DNA of 64,000 nucleotides, from positions 2,283-66,282 of the forward strand of contig NIVC01003987.1 of NCBI GenBank assembly GCA_002269645.1. The letters run 5' to 3'. Under the pieces are notes generated by a model that did not search any database, was not told where the DNA came from, and saw nothing but the letters and a program-made list of their open reading frames with translations. Positions 62,546-64,000 of the stretch are shown piece by piece. Made by a program: the position numbers and the translations under genes. Position 1 is the first letter of the stretch, and each line of letters opens with the position of its first letter. This DNA comes from Macrostomum lignano (lineage: Eukaryota).

Positions 62546-63534
62546 AAAAGGAGCAACTGCCACAAAAGGAGCGACCGCCACAACAATAGAAGAAGCAAGG
62601 GTAGCTTTGATGACAGTTCAAGAGATGAGTCAAGTGATGACCTTGTCTTGTCAGTGCTAATACTGTTATAGTTGCAAACCTGTATGCCTCTGTTATTTGG
62701 TGAAATGTAGTCAGCTTTTATATAAGTATGTTTTTTTCCTCATTTTAAAATGGTCCATGAAGCTCAGCCATTTCTAGGTAAATTTCAGTCCAATTTTTAT
62801 GCCCATTTTTTTATTTCTGCCCAATAATTTGCTTGCATTTCTGTATGCTGTGTTTTTCTGTTTGTTCTGTTCTTTTTCAAAATAAAAAGTTCATTTTGAT
62901 CAGTTCCCTCCTGCAGCTGTTTCAGGTTGTTGGCTTATATTGCAGCGGGGAGATCAAGGTTTTTTGTTTTAGTTGGCTATTAATCTGGTTTTTTATGTTT
63001 TGAAATCATTTTGTCAATAAATTTAAGTAACTTTTCTATCATATGCATGAACCTATTGCTCACTGATAGCCTACTGATAAATAGCAAAAGAAGATAAGTG
63101 CTGTCCAAGGATGATATATTATATTTGGATTACTAGTATAGGAACAAAACATTTGGGCATTCAGTGTGAGTGGCCTTCCACTCATGGATGAATAAAACCA
63201 TTGATTGCTTGGCTGCCTTGAAGTGGGGGTACAATTTTTCTTTGTGAAGCCCCTGGCATCCTGATTGGTTACTGAAGATTTCTTAGTTGTCTATGGTAAA
63301 AGCTGCAGTTGCTGATATAAGTTTTATGGCTAATACCATTGAAATTATATTTACACTAAATAGACTATACATAAACTTGCTCCACAGTGTTATAATATAC
63401 AAAGAGAAAAATCATGAGTGTTTGTTAGTAAGTATGTAAATAATAATATTTGATTACACTTGTCCCAATTGGGCCAGATCTGCAACTGACAAGTTGGCCT
63501 CAGCTATCCACAGCTAGCCCCCACTATCATTATT

Positions 63535-63690
63535 AGAGCCAGGGGTTATTAAAGCCAGGGGTTATTAAAGCCAGGGTTATTTAAGCCAGGGGTTATTAAA
63601 GCCAGGGGCATTGGGGGTGGCTAGCCCCCTACTAGCCTTATTAAAGCTCAGGGTTGTAAGGGGTAGCTAGCCCCCACTAGCCTTACTAAA
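63535..63690 (+). repeat. Short repeats CCAGGGGTTATTAAAG and GCTAGCCCCCACTA
   Basis: Direct observation. Confidence 0.7.
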
Positions 63691-64000
63691 GCTGGCAAGC
63701 TTCTCTATATGTGCCCTTTTCTAACCAACAGCAAACTCGAGGGGAGGCATGGTGTAGGATGAAGATATAGTAGCTACTTGTAAATATAGCTTTGTAATTG
63801 GTTCTTAGCCATAGGCAGATAGATGGCCATTTTTGTCTACTCTGTCTATATCTAAGCTAGACAGCATAAAATCAATCTCTATGGCAGGAATTATAGGTCG
63901 GACTATAGGCAGGAATGGTGGTAGCAGCAACATTTATAGTCATAGATTTGGAAAATGTCTATGGCTGTTTTATCCATTGGGCACAGTTATAAGTGCCTAA

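Overview
This is eukaryotic (metazoan) genomic DNA, not prokaryotic. GC-rich exons with Ala/Gln/Gly runs, GT-AG introns filled with private minisatellites and YAG acceptors just upstream of start codons fit a free-living flatworm such as Macrostomum; that assignment is inference. Nine protein-coding loci are supported. Minus strand: a purple acid phosphatase 5' exon, a divergent RhoGAP-fold gene, a 2-exon atypical class A GPCR, 7-exon BBS2 and 4-exon GLE1-like. Plus strand: an intronless innexin split by a 2-nt frameshift, a 4-exon Egalitarian/LIN-66-like winged-helix + cold-shock protein, an orphan multi-exon gene and an intronless alternating-ankyrin protein. There is also a decayed spliced RGG + CCHC zinc-knuckle pseudogene. 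Roughly 40% of the window (estimated from the listed array spans) is tandem repeat of 4-209 bp units. There are two tRNA-derived SINE families (one CORE-like) and several MITE-like elements. No CRISPR array, rRNA or intact tRNA was found. Most interesting: (1) a BBS2 intron that is in frame, stop-free, resembles the following exon in protein terms and carries a perfect 12-nt inverted repeat pairing the 5' splice-site region with the 3' acceptor; (2) complementary minisatellites on either side of one exon of the LIN-66-like gene (circRNA or skipping candidate); (3) a SINE core with a variable-spacer pseudoknot; (4) a GLE1 start codon possibly donated by the spliced leader, plus a coding VNTR; (5) CpG-deamination signatures in discrete islands and in a satellite unit. 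All gene models were built by eye and need RNA confirmation.
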